Shown here one piece after another: positions 1-7,455 of a stretch of DNA of 55,879 bases. The notes under the pieces were generated by a model, which saw nothing but the letters and a program-made list of their open reading frames with translations, was not told the DNA's origin and ran no database searches. The stretch is from a virus (taxonomy: Duplodnaviria > Caudoviricetes). Made by a program: the position numbers and the translations under genes. The stretch covers positions 1 through 55,879 of the IMG/VR virus record IMGVR_UViG_3300018079_000013. One strand, given 5' to 3'. How positions within the stretch are numbered: position 1 is the stretch's first letter; each line of letters opens with the position of its first letter.

Positions 1-82
1 AAGCCGGTATGACGAACCCGACTGAGTCCCCGTCTGAGGACTCAATGATTATTCCTACAGTTTCATTTACGATAATAGTCAA
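1..82 (-). CDS. 5' part of a 50-aa hypothetical protein that continues across the window end (55879 to 55812)
   Basis: TTG at 82 after GGGAGGTAAC RBS; frame stays open across the junction to TGA at 55812-55814, overlapping the next GTG. Confidence 0.6.
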   Translation of the reverse strand, partial: MTIIVNETVGIIIESSDGDSVGFVIPA

Positions 83-88
83 GAAACG

Positions 89-154
89 TTACCTCCCTAT
101 CGCTAACAGAATTCCGATTGCTAACATTACTGCAACCACAATGAGTAATTCCAC
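89..154 (-). CDS. 21-aa membrane peptide
   Basis: AGGAG RBS, GTG start, VELLIVVAVMLAIGILLAIGR, almost entirely hydrophobic. Confidence 0.45.
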   Translation of the reverse strand: MELLIVVAVMLAIGILLAIGR

Positions 155-173
155 TGTGCTCCTAACTGCTGAT

Positions 174-304
174 TACCTAAATGGAGCCTAGAGTCCGGCA
201 TGGTTCCGCTTGCCCATACGCGCGTTCGCTCTAGATAGGGTATCGGTTGACTTGAAGCGATTTCACACCGCCTACCGGGTTGCTCCCTAGGCTCCATTCA
301 AGTA
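174..304 (-). ncRNA. Structured RNA cassette (closing-stem family)
   Basis: 18-bp inverted repeat 174-191/287-304, fully paired on the minus strand with two G-U wobbles; intergenic. Confidence 0.6.
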
Positions 305-364
305 TGGGGTAGCGTTGCCGACTGCCTGCGGCGTGCGCCATGATCGTCACGTGGAATTTTACGC

Positions 365-447
365 TACCTCAATGAGCTACACAGGTGCGCCTTATCCGAA
401 GAGTTTGCGCTTATGATTCTTACAGACCTGTGTAGCTCATTCAAGTA
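365..447 (-). ncRNA. Structured RNA cassette (closing-stem family)
   Basis: 22-bp stem 365-386/426-447: UACUUGAAUGAGCUACACAGGU/ACCUGUGUAGCUCAUUGAGGUA with G-G mismatch. Confidence 0.65.
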
Positions 448-448
448 T

Positions 449-590
449 GGAATCAGGGACACAGCCACTTACCTTTCAACCCTGATCCCGAATGCCGTTT
501 CACCTTATGCCGCTTGCCAAAGCGGATCACCTGGATTTACACGCATCCGGTTACCAGGAGTTAGGCTCATAGGTAGCTGTGTCGCATTCC
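449..590 (-). ncRNA. Structured RNA cassette (related stem)
   Basis: 11-bp stem 458-468/573-583 (GACACAGCUAC/GUGGCUGUGUC on minus) enclosing several hairpins. Confidence 0.45.
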
Positions 591-746
591 TATAAATTGT
601 TGACCGCTTTGTTTTGGGCAGGCGGTCAGTCTGCCAGGAGGTTGCTATTTCGCTCCTGACTCGGCCTCCCGAATCGTCAGGTTAACGCTATCCGATTTCC
701 CGTCGGTAGTCGGGCGAAGCGCCACAGATACGCGGAGCAGTGGACG

Positions 747-848
747 CTAAGCTATATAATCTGTGATTGCAAGATACCAAGCCAGCGGGACAATAACTAG
801 CCAGATAATTGCGGCCATTATCCAAAACACTTTCATTTCGAATTTCAT
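747..848 (-). CDS. Small single-TM membrane protein
   Basis: ATG overlaps stop of the DUF932 gene (ATGA); MKFEMKVFWIMAAIIWLVIVPLAWYLAITDYIA. Confidence 0.6.
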   Translation of the reverse strand: MKFEMKVFWIMAAIIWLVIVPLAWYLAITDYIA

Positions 849-1867
849 GCAATCACCGCCTGAAGTGCTGTCAGAACCTCGTTGTCTTTGTTTGCCATCT
901 TGCCGGTGACGACGTTCTCCATGTTGCGAATGTACCTCGTGGTATCTCCGCGCACGATTGCGAAGTGGTGATTCCACGTATTGTACGCTTGCAACACGCC
1001 GTATGCCGTGCCATTCCACGGTGCAACACGCGGATCTGAATTGTACAGCTTGATCAAGTCAGTCCGCTTGTTGTCGGCCATCGTCTTGCCACGTCCCTCG
1101 ACTTTGTTGCCTTTGTTGTCTTCGAGGGGAACCATGACATCGAGCAGCTTATTCCACTCGAAATCACTAACGGACTGTGCCGTTAGCTTTGCAACTTCGG
1201 CGGCGAAATCGTCTGCCATCGTATACACGATTTGCAGTGCATCGCGGGCATCCTTGATTCGCACGTCGCTGTACTTCGAGTGTTTGATCTTTAGCTCCTG
1301 ACCTTCCTCGCCGAGTGCAGCATCCTTCGTGTTGTCACAGACCACATCGGTCACGACTCTTTTGTAAGTCGTTGCGAGTGAGCCGTCGAATGATGTACAG
1401 GCGAGTAGGTTCGGGCGGAAGATGACACCCTCTGGCGTCGTGATTGAATCAGGCACTTCAACTGTTACGAATGCCTGACCACGTAGCTTGAGGAGTCCTG
1501 CCGCACCGATACCAAGGTTGCCTCCGTTACCGAGGATGGTTGCAACGTTGTCGAGCAACCACTCCTGGTATTGGTGCCCACGGTATCCAGCCTTGAACAC
1601 GCCCAACACGAATTCATCGTCAGACGTGACCATTGCCTTACGACCTGGAACCTCAGTGTAACCATGATCGGTGAGGATGTACAACTCCTGCTCACGTACC
1701 TCGAAATTGAACAGGCGACGAAGTACATCGTCAACCGGGATTGCACCGGGGTAGTGATTCGACTCGTCACCCTGATCCTCGTCACGGTAGTGCCAAGCGT
1801 TTCCGCGCTTGTCCGTGAATCCAACAAGGATCATACGGTTGAGCCATTCTGAAGTCTCGCGGGACAT
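845..1867 (-). CDS. DUF932 family phage/plasmid-like protein (TIGR03299-like)
   Basis: Motifs AWHY, LLACTSFDGS, VVCDNT, IKHS, GTAYGVLQAYNTWNHH; start reset to ATG 1867 after AAAGGAGGTAAC. Confidence 0.85.
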   Translation of the reverse strand: MSRETSEWLNRMILVGFTDKRGNAWHYRDEDQGDESNHYPGAIPVDDVLRRLFNFEVREQELYILTDHGYTEVPGRKAMVTSDDEFVLGVFKAGYRGHQYQEWLLDNVATILGNGGNLGIGAAGLLKLRGQAFVTVEVPDSITTPEGVIFRPNLLACTSFDGSLATTYKRVVTDVVCDNTKDAALGEEGQELKIKHSKYSDVRIKDARDALQIVYTMADDFAAEVAKLTAQSVSDFEWNKLLDVMVPLEDNKGNKVEGRGKTMADNKRTDLIKLYNSDPRVAPWNGTAYGVLQAYNTWNHHFAIVRGDTTRYIRNMENVVTGKMANKDNEVLTALQAVIA

Positions 1868-1915
1868 ACTGTTACCTCCTTTCGAGCAGTCCACACTGTT
1901 TTGACTTGGAGCACA

Positions 1916-2056
1916 AGGCTCCACGAGCTACCCGCCGGAGCGAAGGCGCAGCCTTCGCCACGTCACGCCGGTACGTTGGACGATTTGTACGTTTCGGGGT
2001 ATCCGGTTCCCGAACCTTTGTCGCCCCAGTATAACGACGGGTAGCTCGTGCAGCCT
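1916..2056 (-). ncRNA. Structured RNA cassette (closing-stem family)
   Basis: Stem 1916-1934/2038-2056: AGGCUG-CAC-GAGCUACCCG/CGGGUAGCUC-GUG-GAGCCU with G-G mismatch; multi-hairpin interior. Confidence 0.65.
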
Positions 2057-2075
2057 GCGCTAGCTCTGCACTAAT

Positions 2076-2258
2076 TCACGAGAGTTTCTTGAGTAGGACT
2101 GTTGCTCTTAGGATATTCGCGCTGTGGCCTCGTCGCAACGCTGACTCGATACTCGAATCCGCCGCCGCTGATTTCTCCTCGCGCTCGAATACGCTAAGTG
2201 CTAGTCGAAGCGTATCGAGTTCGCTCACGGTCATCTTGAGTGTGACCGACGCGTCCAT
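2076..2258 (-). CDS. Hypothetical protein
   Basis: ORF with GGGAGGTAAC RBS and upstream promoter motif. Confidence 0.7.
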   Translation of the reverse strand: MDASVTLKMTVSELDTLRLALSVFEREEKSAAADSSIESALRRGHSANILRATVLLKKLS

Positions 2259-2270
2259 GTTACCTCCCTT

Positions 2271-2462
2271 CTATCTACAGTGTAGCACACGTGTCAAGTG
2301 CTGGCGGATAACCTCACGGTCTACGCCGTGAACCTCTGCGGCTGCGATAGCCGCGTTCTCAAGCGTATAGCCTGCCTTGAAAGTCGCAGGGTCATCTTGT
2401 ATTAAGCCCTTTGCCAAGATGATTGCGTTGCGCGTTCTACAGAATGTGCAGTCACACTCCAT
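2271..2462 (-). CDS. Hypothetical protein with N-terminal CxCxxC
   Basis: GAGGAGGTAAC RBS; MECDCTFC; TAATG coupling. Confidence 0.6.
   Translation of the reverse strand: MECDCTFCRTRNAIILAKGLIQDDPATFKAGYTLENAAIAAAEVHGVDREVIRQHLTRVLHCR
2279..2297 (-). promoter_or_regulatory. Short-spacer promoter motif TTGACA-N4-TGC-TACACT
   Basis: One of 4 copies; the -10 lies just upstream of the RBS/ATG at 2258. Confidence 0.65.
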
Positions 2463-2683
2463 TACGCTGTTACCTCCTCTTCGACTGGGATTTGTCGCAC
2501 GTTCAGGTATCCGGCGCTGTATGCGTAGGGATGACGGAACATGTCCATTGCTTCGCGTCCGTCGTTTGGATACAGTACCCAAGCGCCGTCTTTGTCTGTC
2601 ACTTCAACGGTTAGGCTTTCGTCCTCGAAGTCGCACACAATTGCGACCGTTAGGTTACCTGCGGCACGATCGTGGAGGATCAT
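2462..2683 (-). CDS. Hypothetical protein
   Basis: Coupled ORF in the early operon. Confidence 0.65.
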   Translation of the reverse strand: MILHDRAAGNLTVAIVCDFEDESLTVEVTDKDGAWVLYPNDGREAMDMFRHPYAYSAGYLNVRQIPVEEEVTA

Positions 2684-2862
2684 AGCTCGACGTCCAAGAA
2701 TTTCGCGGACGTTTCTACTCCACGTCCGGTCAGACTGTACGTGATTCCGCGTGCCAATGCCTGCAAGTCCTGACTTGTTTGCGAATGGGGATTGTACGCA
2801 TTCGCCATTTTTCTCAGTTCGTCCTTCATAGCGCGGAGTTTGTCTCCGTCTTTCTTGGTCAT
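2680..2862 (-). CDS. Hypothetical protein
   Basis: ATG 2862 after GGGAGGTAAC. Confidence 0.65.
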   Translation of the reverse strand: MTKKDGDKLRAMKDELRKMANAYNPHSQTSQDLQALARGITYSLTGRGVETSAKFLDVEL

Positions 2863-2881
2863 TGTTACCTCCCTGTTTGTA

Positions 2882-3076
2882 CTATAGTACACACTCTCTG
2901 ATTTGAGAATTCAGGTCTTGTACTTCGTCCAGACCTGATTCGTCTGAAAGTGCTAAGTCCGAAGCTAGCTCACTGATACGGATATCCTCGGACGGTTGAT
3001 CTCCCGCGTACCGGACATATCGGTACAACAGGCGAAGTAGCTCCAACGCCTCTTCGTCCGTCATGTACGTTTCCAT
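2882..3076 (-). CDS. Hypothetical acidic protein
   Basis: GGGAGGTAAC RBS. Confidence 0.65.
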   Translation of the reverse strand: METYMTDEEALELLRLLYRYVRYAGDQPSEDIRISELASDLALSDESGLDEVQDLNSQIRECVL

Positions 3077-3077
3077 G

Positions 3078-3278
3078 TTACCTCCCTGTTGTGCAGAGTC
3101 TTAGTGCATTCTCTAGCTCTGCAAACTTATCTGGCTGAGGGTTCTGATAGCTCATTTCAGCTACGCAGTTAGCAAGCCCATTTACGTCCGTCGCTGGACG
3201 CTCAGGCCGTTGCGACACGACGTAAAGCCCGGCGGCCGTTAGCACCGCTGTTACGTAAATGATTAGGGCGGTTTTCAC
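3078..3278 (-). CDS. Small membrane-anchored protein
   Basis: GTGA overlap start; N-terminal hydrophobic helix. Confidence 0.55.
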   Translation of the reverse strand: MKTALIIYVTAVLTAAGLYVVSQRPERPATDVNGLANCVAEMSYQNPQPDKFAELENALRLCTTGR

Positions 3279-3460
3279 GGTATTCCTAGTTCTCTCTTTG
3301 CTACGACTAGCGCGACCTCGAACGTCTTTCGGCACGTTACCATTGTTCGTCCGTCACGCTGAGTTTCGATTAGCCACACGTACTCGGGATCGGGACGAAG
3401 GCTCGCGTCCTCGATGTATGAGATTTGCAGCGTCTTGCTGCAACCCTCCGGCATTTCCAT
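3275..3460 (-). CDS. Hypothetical protein
   Basis: GGGAGGTAAA RBS. Confidence 0.6.
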   Translation of the reverse strand: MEMPEGCSKTLQISYIEDASLRPDPEYVWLIETQRDGRTMVTCRKTFEVALVVAKRELGIP

Positions 3461-3465
3461 TTCGT

Positions 3466-3816
3466 TTACCTCCCTATCTCGTGGTATTCCACTGTTCGCA
3501 CTGTCTCGTCTTTGTCGATCAGCGTAACCCAGGTTTCATGTAGGAAGTATTCGTTCACGTCTTCGTACTTTTCACGCTTTACGAATACCCACCCGATTGC
3601 CTTCGGTGGATCGCTATGGAGGAAGCGATCTACGAACACCTTCCCGATGCACCGACCGTGCTCACGTTGGCAGGCACGGAAGATTTCGCCGATGGTTGCA
3701 TCCTCGCCCATGTACGTGTCAGCTAGGTCGATGGTGTCTTCGCCAGCGCCGTAACGCTCGGCGTCACCTTCTGAATCGTCGCCGATAACTTGCACGTATT
3801 CGGTGTGGATTTTCAT
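3466..3816 (-). CDS. Hypothetical protein
   Basis: Coupled ORF, 116 aa. Confidence 0.7.
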   Translation of the reverse strand: MKIHTEYVQVIGDDSEGDAERYGAGEDTIDLADTYMGEDATIGEIFRACQREHGRCIGKVFVDRFLHSDPPKAIGWVFVKREKYEDVNEYFLHETWVTLIDKDETVRTVEYHEIGR

Positions 3817-3995
3817 TCGTGATCCCTTTCGAGTCTGATGATTTCGTGGTGCTTACGCCATCCGTCGCCGTGCCAGACCTGATCGAGTTGTCTGATCGTT
3901 CTACGCTCGGCATCGGCGAACGAAGACGCATACCACGTCATCGTCCAGTAGTCGCCTGTTGCTTTGCCTAGGAGGGTTACTGTGTAACTTTTCAC
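3813..3995 (-). CDS. Hypothetical protein
   Basis: GGGAGGTAAC RBS, coupled at both ends. Confidence 0.65.
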   Translation of the reverse strand: MKSYTVTLLGKATGDYWTMTWYASSFADAERRTIRQLDQVWHGDGWRKHHEIIRLERDHE

Positions 3996-4591
3996 GCTGT
4001 TACCTCCCGTTTGAAGTCGCTTTCACTGTAACCCCATTCGCGGATCATTCTCGCTTGCTCGGTCGGGTCGTCACACTTGCACGAACCGTCCGCGCGGTAA
4101 TGCGACACGTCGAATATCACGTGCGGGCAGGCTTGGATCGTACTCTGCTTTACGTTGTACGATTGCAAGCCTGCTCGGTTCGACAAGTCCACGAGCCAGC
4201 TACCCGTGTGGCACTTGCAAACCGAGTCAGCCTGCATCGGGTACATCCTGCTCCCGACGTTTAGCCTCGCGGTTGCCTCGAACGTATCCGCGAAGTTCTT
4301 CGCACCCTTGTAGTCCGCCCACGTTGTCTTGATCCGGGCATCGGGGCGCAACTTGAACACACGCGACATAAAGTCACGGTGTCCGTGCCAACACACTGCG
4401 AACACGCGGCGTTCCGGGCGGAAGCCACTTGAACTAGTGCGTTGGTATTTGTAGTCGCCGTCGATCCTCATGCCACAAGGCCGAAGCTGGAATCGCAACG
4501 CGCGCCCATCTTTCCGCACGTCTTTGAGTTCCACGCCTACCTCGTTGGCAACATCCTGTAGTTCGTCGGCACTAACGTGCCAAACCTTCAT
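3992..4591 (-). CDS. Hypothetical Cys/His-containing protein
   Basis: AAGGAGGTAAC RBS; CWHGH and two CKC motifs. Confidence 0.75.
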   Translation of the reverse strand: MKVWHVSADELQDVANEVGVELKDVRKDGRALRFQLRPCGMRIDGDYKYQRTSSSGFRPERRVFAVCWHGHRDFMSRVFKLRPDARIKTTWADYKGAKNFADTFEATARLNVGSRMYPMQADSVCKCHTGSWLVDLSNRAGLQSYNVKQSTIQACPHVIFDVSHYRADGSCKCDDPTEQARMIREWGYSESDFKREVTA

Positions 4592-4605
4592 GTGTTACCT
4601 CCTTG

Positions 4606-4797
4606 TTAGTTTTCGTACGTACGGAGTTTTCCGTCAGGCAGGATTCCGATGCTGTGCCAGTTTCTACCGGCATCGTAGAATCCGAACCGCACGTCTGACG
4701 GATTGTCGTTCGCCTTCCACTCGATTCGGCGCAAGTCGATGGAGATTTCATCTTCAAAGACTTTCCGCACGATCGCCATGCGCTGAACGTCGGTCAT
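4606..4797 (-). CDS. Hypothetical protein
   Basis: GGGAGGTAAC RBS. Confidence 0.65.
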   Translation of the reverse strand: MTDVQRMAIVRKVFEDEISIDLRRIEWKANDNPSDVRFGFYDAGRNWHSIGILPDGKLRTYEN

Positions 4798-4812
4798 TTT
4801 TGTTACCTCCCT

Positions 4813-4948
4813 GTAGATTCCGTGAGCTAGTAGTGATTGACCTCGTGCAACCTCCCACGTCTGTGTCCGGCGTTCGACTCGGTGTGTTCACGAGTCCCGG
4901 TGTCCAGGCCGATTGTGTAGGTGTGACTACTAAGCTCACGCAACCTAC
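4813..4948 (-). ncRNA. Structured RNA cassette (closing-stem family)
   Basis: Stem 4813-4834/4926-4948: GUAGGUUG-CGU-GAGC/GCUC-ACG-GAAUCUAC with G-G mismatch and G-U on minus. Confidence 0.65.
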
Positions 4949-5060
4949 CAATGGCTGCGCTTATTAGTTTCGGTGCCACGAGTGAACACTCTTAGCTCTG
5001 GCGCTCTGCATTGCGCGGTGTTCACTAACAGAAATCGTCGTGGCACACTCCTGTATAGCA

Positions 5061-5363
5061 CTACTCGTCGTCTGTGTCGAAAGTCTTTGCGTATTCCGCG
5101 TCGTACCGCGCGAAGCACGCAATAGCTTCCGCTTCGGTGTCGCACGTGTCTACGTCGTGGAAGCCTTGTGAATCTGTCCAGACTATCCAGCGGTTCACGC
5201 GGTAGAAGTGCCCGAAGGTTTCCGCGTCGCCGGACGTTTCGTCGGCGCTACCGTTCATGGCGAACGATTCGAGCGCGTCTAGCAGTGCGAAAGGTGCTTC
5301 GTTTTCTGCACCGAAAGCCTTACGCGCTTGCGCGATGATTTCCGCTTCACTTAGTGCGTTCAC
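5061..5363 (-). CDS. Hypothetical acidic protein
   Basis: GTG 5363 directly after GGGAGGTAAAC. Confidence 0.6.
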   Translation of the reverse strand: MNALSEAEIIAQARKAFGAENEAPFALLDALESFAMNGSADETSGDAETFGHFYRVNRWIVWTDSQGFHDVDTCDTEAEAIACFARYDAEYAKTFDTDDE

Positions 5364-5373
5364 GTTTACCTCC

Positions 5374-5631
5374 CTAGTAGTATTCGATTCGGGTTTCGTC
5401 GTACTCCGCACGTGTCCATCCGTTGTCTTGCAGAATCGGACGCGGTGGATCGAGGTAGCGAAATCCGAAGTATGCGTTGTCTCGTGCGAGCACGGACTCC
5501 GCAAAGTTTCGGATCGCGTGGATACGGATTCTGTTGTCATCCTCGTTCACACGCGAGGGATCGCTAAGATACGCGATTACCCCGTTGGCAGTGTCGCGGA
5601 TGGTTTCGCGGTCTACTGTCTTTCGTCGCAC
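5374..5631 (-). CDS. Hypothetical protein
   Basis: GGGAGGTAAAC RBS and upstream promoter motif. Confidence 0.65.
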   Translation of the reverse strand: MRRKTVDRETIRDTANGVIAYLSDPSRVNEDDNRIRIHAIRNFAESVLARDNAYFGFRYLDPPRPILQDNGWTRAEYDETRIEYY

Positions 5632-5661
5632 GTTTACCTCCCTGTTTGCCTGCCTGTTTTC

Positions 5662-5680
5662 AGTGTAGCAGGGCTGTCAA
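5662..5680 (-). promoter_or_regulatory. Short-spacer promoter motif TTGACA-N4-TGC-TACACT
   Basis: Same arrangement as 2279-2297; ~30 nt upstream of a start codon. Confidence 0.65.
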
Positions 5681-5731
5681 GTAGCACCCTACATCTAGCC
5701 TATTTCTAGGTAGGATAGGGTGCTACTTCAC
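5676..5731 (-). ncRNA. Short cassette/hairpin of the closing-stem family
   Basis: GUG-AAG-UAGCACCCUA/UAGGGUGCUA-CUU-GAC with G-G mismatch. Confidence 0.5.
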
Positions 5732-5738
5732 GTTCCTT

Positions 5739-5883
5739 TCTGTCACATGAGCCTAGCCTTATTACGGATTTATCCAGCCAGTGTGATTGATTAGCTGGTA
5801 CCGCGCCCGATATTCTATCCGCGCTCCGTCTTTCCTAGATTACGGGATGGCGTCGGGCATTCGTGCTAGGCTCATGTCACAAA
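5739..5883 (-). ncRNA. Structured RNA cassette (closing-stem family)
   Basis: Stem 5739-5757/5865-5883: UUUGUG-ACAU-GAGCCUAGC/GCUAGGCUC-AUGU-GACAGA with G-G mismatch. Confidence 0.6.
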
Positions 5884-6185
5884 GTCGGTTGACAAAGTGA
5901 CAATCCACCGCTTTTCAGTGAAATTGTAATACTTAGTCGTTTCTGTCACGAGAAGGTGTAAATTCCCACCTCTATTACGAGGGAGTAGTAGTTACTTACT
6001 AGTAAAGAGGATAGATTCCTAGGAAACTACCCTAGATTACCAGCTAGTTACTTCACCTTCCCTCAAGACAAAGGTGAGGATTTATACAACGAAGGCAACA
6101 CGCTACGCAATCGCGCAATCGTGAATCCGCGTTGTCACAAACTCGGGGTTACGTTAGCTAAGCTAACGCATCCCTGAATCTGTCA

Positions 6186-6317
6186 CTACGGAAGAGACGC
6201 GCCGTAGCGCGCACGAAGTTGCATGAGTCGCCATGCTGTAGCGTAGTAACCCGCGAAACCGTGCAGGTACGCGCTGAGCACGCTGGCACACTCGTCGCAA
6301 TACTGTTGGTAGGTCAT
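6186..6317 (-). CDS. Small hypothetical protein
   Basis: ATGA-coupled start MTYQQYCDEC. Confidence 0.5.
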   Translation of the reverse strand: MTYQQYCDECASVLSAYLHGFAGYYATAWRLMQLRARYGASLP

Positions 6318-6523
6318 GCTGCCTGCCCCGTTCGGCGGATCAGCTTGTCCCGTTCCTCCGCCAGCCGATCGTCTAGGCGCGTGGTCGTCTCGCACGCGGT
6401 GACGTACTCGTCAAGCGCGAATGGCGTCCAGGGCATCGAGCCCAATTCGTTGCGCCGGTCGCGCCAGTATTGCACGCCACTTTCGTAATAGCGCACGGTC
6501 GCACGTTGCTCGTCCGTGGTCAT
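6314..6523 (-). CDS. Hypothetical protein
   Basis: AGGAAGGA RBS before ATG 6523. Confidence 0.55.
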   Translation of the reverse strand: MTTDEQRATVRYYESGVQYWRDRRNELGSMPWTPFALDEYVTACETTTRLDDRLAEERDKLIRRTGQAA

Positions 6524-6594
6524 TACTCGTCCTTCCTGTGGTCGATTGCACAGTAGAGCGCCCACCGTTAGTAGGCGCTCCGTTCTGCAATCCG

Positions 6595-7161
6595 TCAGTC
6601 GTAATCGGCTTGCGATCCACCGACGATTGCGAGCATCCGAGCATTGTGCTCATCGTGCGTCGTGGTCGCTGTTGCGCGTCTCCTGCGCGGAACATCCTCG
6701 CCGGTGGTTGGCTCGAATGCTTCCCTGTGGCCGTCGATGATGCTGTAGCAAGTGCCATCCCACTTCGTGGGCCACTCGATCTTTGAAGGTCGATCGAGTG
6801 TCCAGCGAGGTAGCACCCTTACCTCGGTCGCGTTGACCGTCTCTGCGAGGGACAGGTTGGTAGGTCGAACCATTGCAGCGCGACTACCATTGTGTCCTTC
6901 GTGCGCCATCGTGGCGACCACTTCGAGCCGGTCGTGCTGTAGAGCGTTGAAGGTGTCGTGCATGTCTACCGTCCAGTAGCGTGGATGTCGCCGTAGGAAG
7001 CGAACGTTAGGGGTAGGAGTATCAAACAGTCCTACCGTGTCCTTACGTGCGCTTATAACGGCGCAGCGTCGTGCCAGGCGATGCGCTTGCATCGTGCGCT
7101 GTCGCCTGCCGTGCTGTCGCGCGTCGAATCGAGCGCGACAAAGGTACTCGTCAAGGGTCAT
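6595..7161 (-). CDS. Hypothetical protein (first gene of the leftward block)
   Basis: AAGGAGGCAAC RBS before ATG 7161. Confidence 0.55.
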   Translation of the reverse strand: MTLDEYLCRARFDARQHGRRQRTMQAHRLARRCAVISARKDTVGLFDTPTPNVRFLRRHPRYWTVDMHDTFNALQHDRLEVVATMAHEGHNGSRAAMVRPTNLSLAETVNATEVRVLPRWTLDRPSKIEWPTKWDGTCYSIIDGHREAFEPTTGEDVPRRRRATATTTHDEHNARMLAIVGGSQADYD

Positions 7162-7455
7162 GTTGCCTCCTTGGTCGATTGCCATAGTCGAAGCATAGGG
7201 GTAGCGCATGGTTGCAGGGATTGAGCGACACACTTTGTGTGATTCCACTGTTACAAGGAATTAGAGATCGTGGCGGAATGTGCCCTTTTGCAGGGGTTTT
7301 CTCTTGCAAGGGACTGTATACCAGGGAGACAACAAAGGACATGACCGTTAACCTGTATCTCCATTTCAAAATGTACAACCTAGCTTCGTTTGCGAAATTG
7401 TAATCCAACTTGTAATCATCCGCACAAGCCCTGAGCACACTGTACTATCCCGCGC

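Noticed and set aside
174-590. Retron msr-msd or DGR elements (inverted-repeat-flanked RNA)
   Set aside because: No reverse transcriptase motif recognised in any ORF
640-690. Hammerhead ribozyme core (CUGACGA on the minus strand)
   Set aside because: The following stem is not followed by GAAA, and CUGAC is itself paired in a hairpin
845-1924. Longer 359-aa start for the DUF932 gene
   Set aside because: GTG 1924 lies inside the RNA stem; ATG 1867 has the stereotyped RBS
4860-4910. tRNA-like GTTCGA T-loop (also near 53466)
   Set aside because: No proper T-stem or cloverleaf, and on the strand opposite to local transcription
4470-4967. Plus-strand ORFs in the early arm and other antisense ORFs in the track
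   Set aside because: Shadows of RBS-supported genes on the opposite strand; no RBS or recognisable motifs
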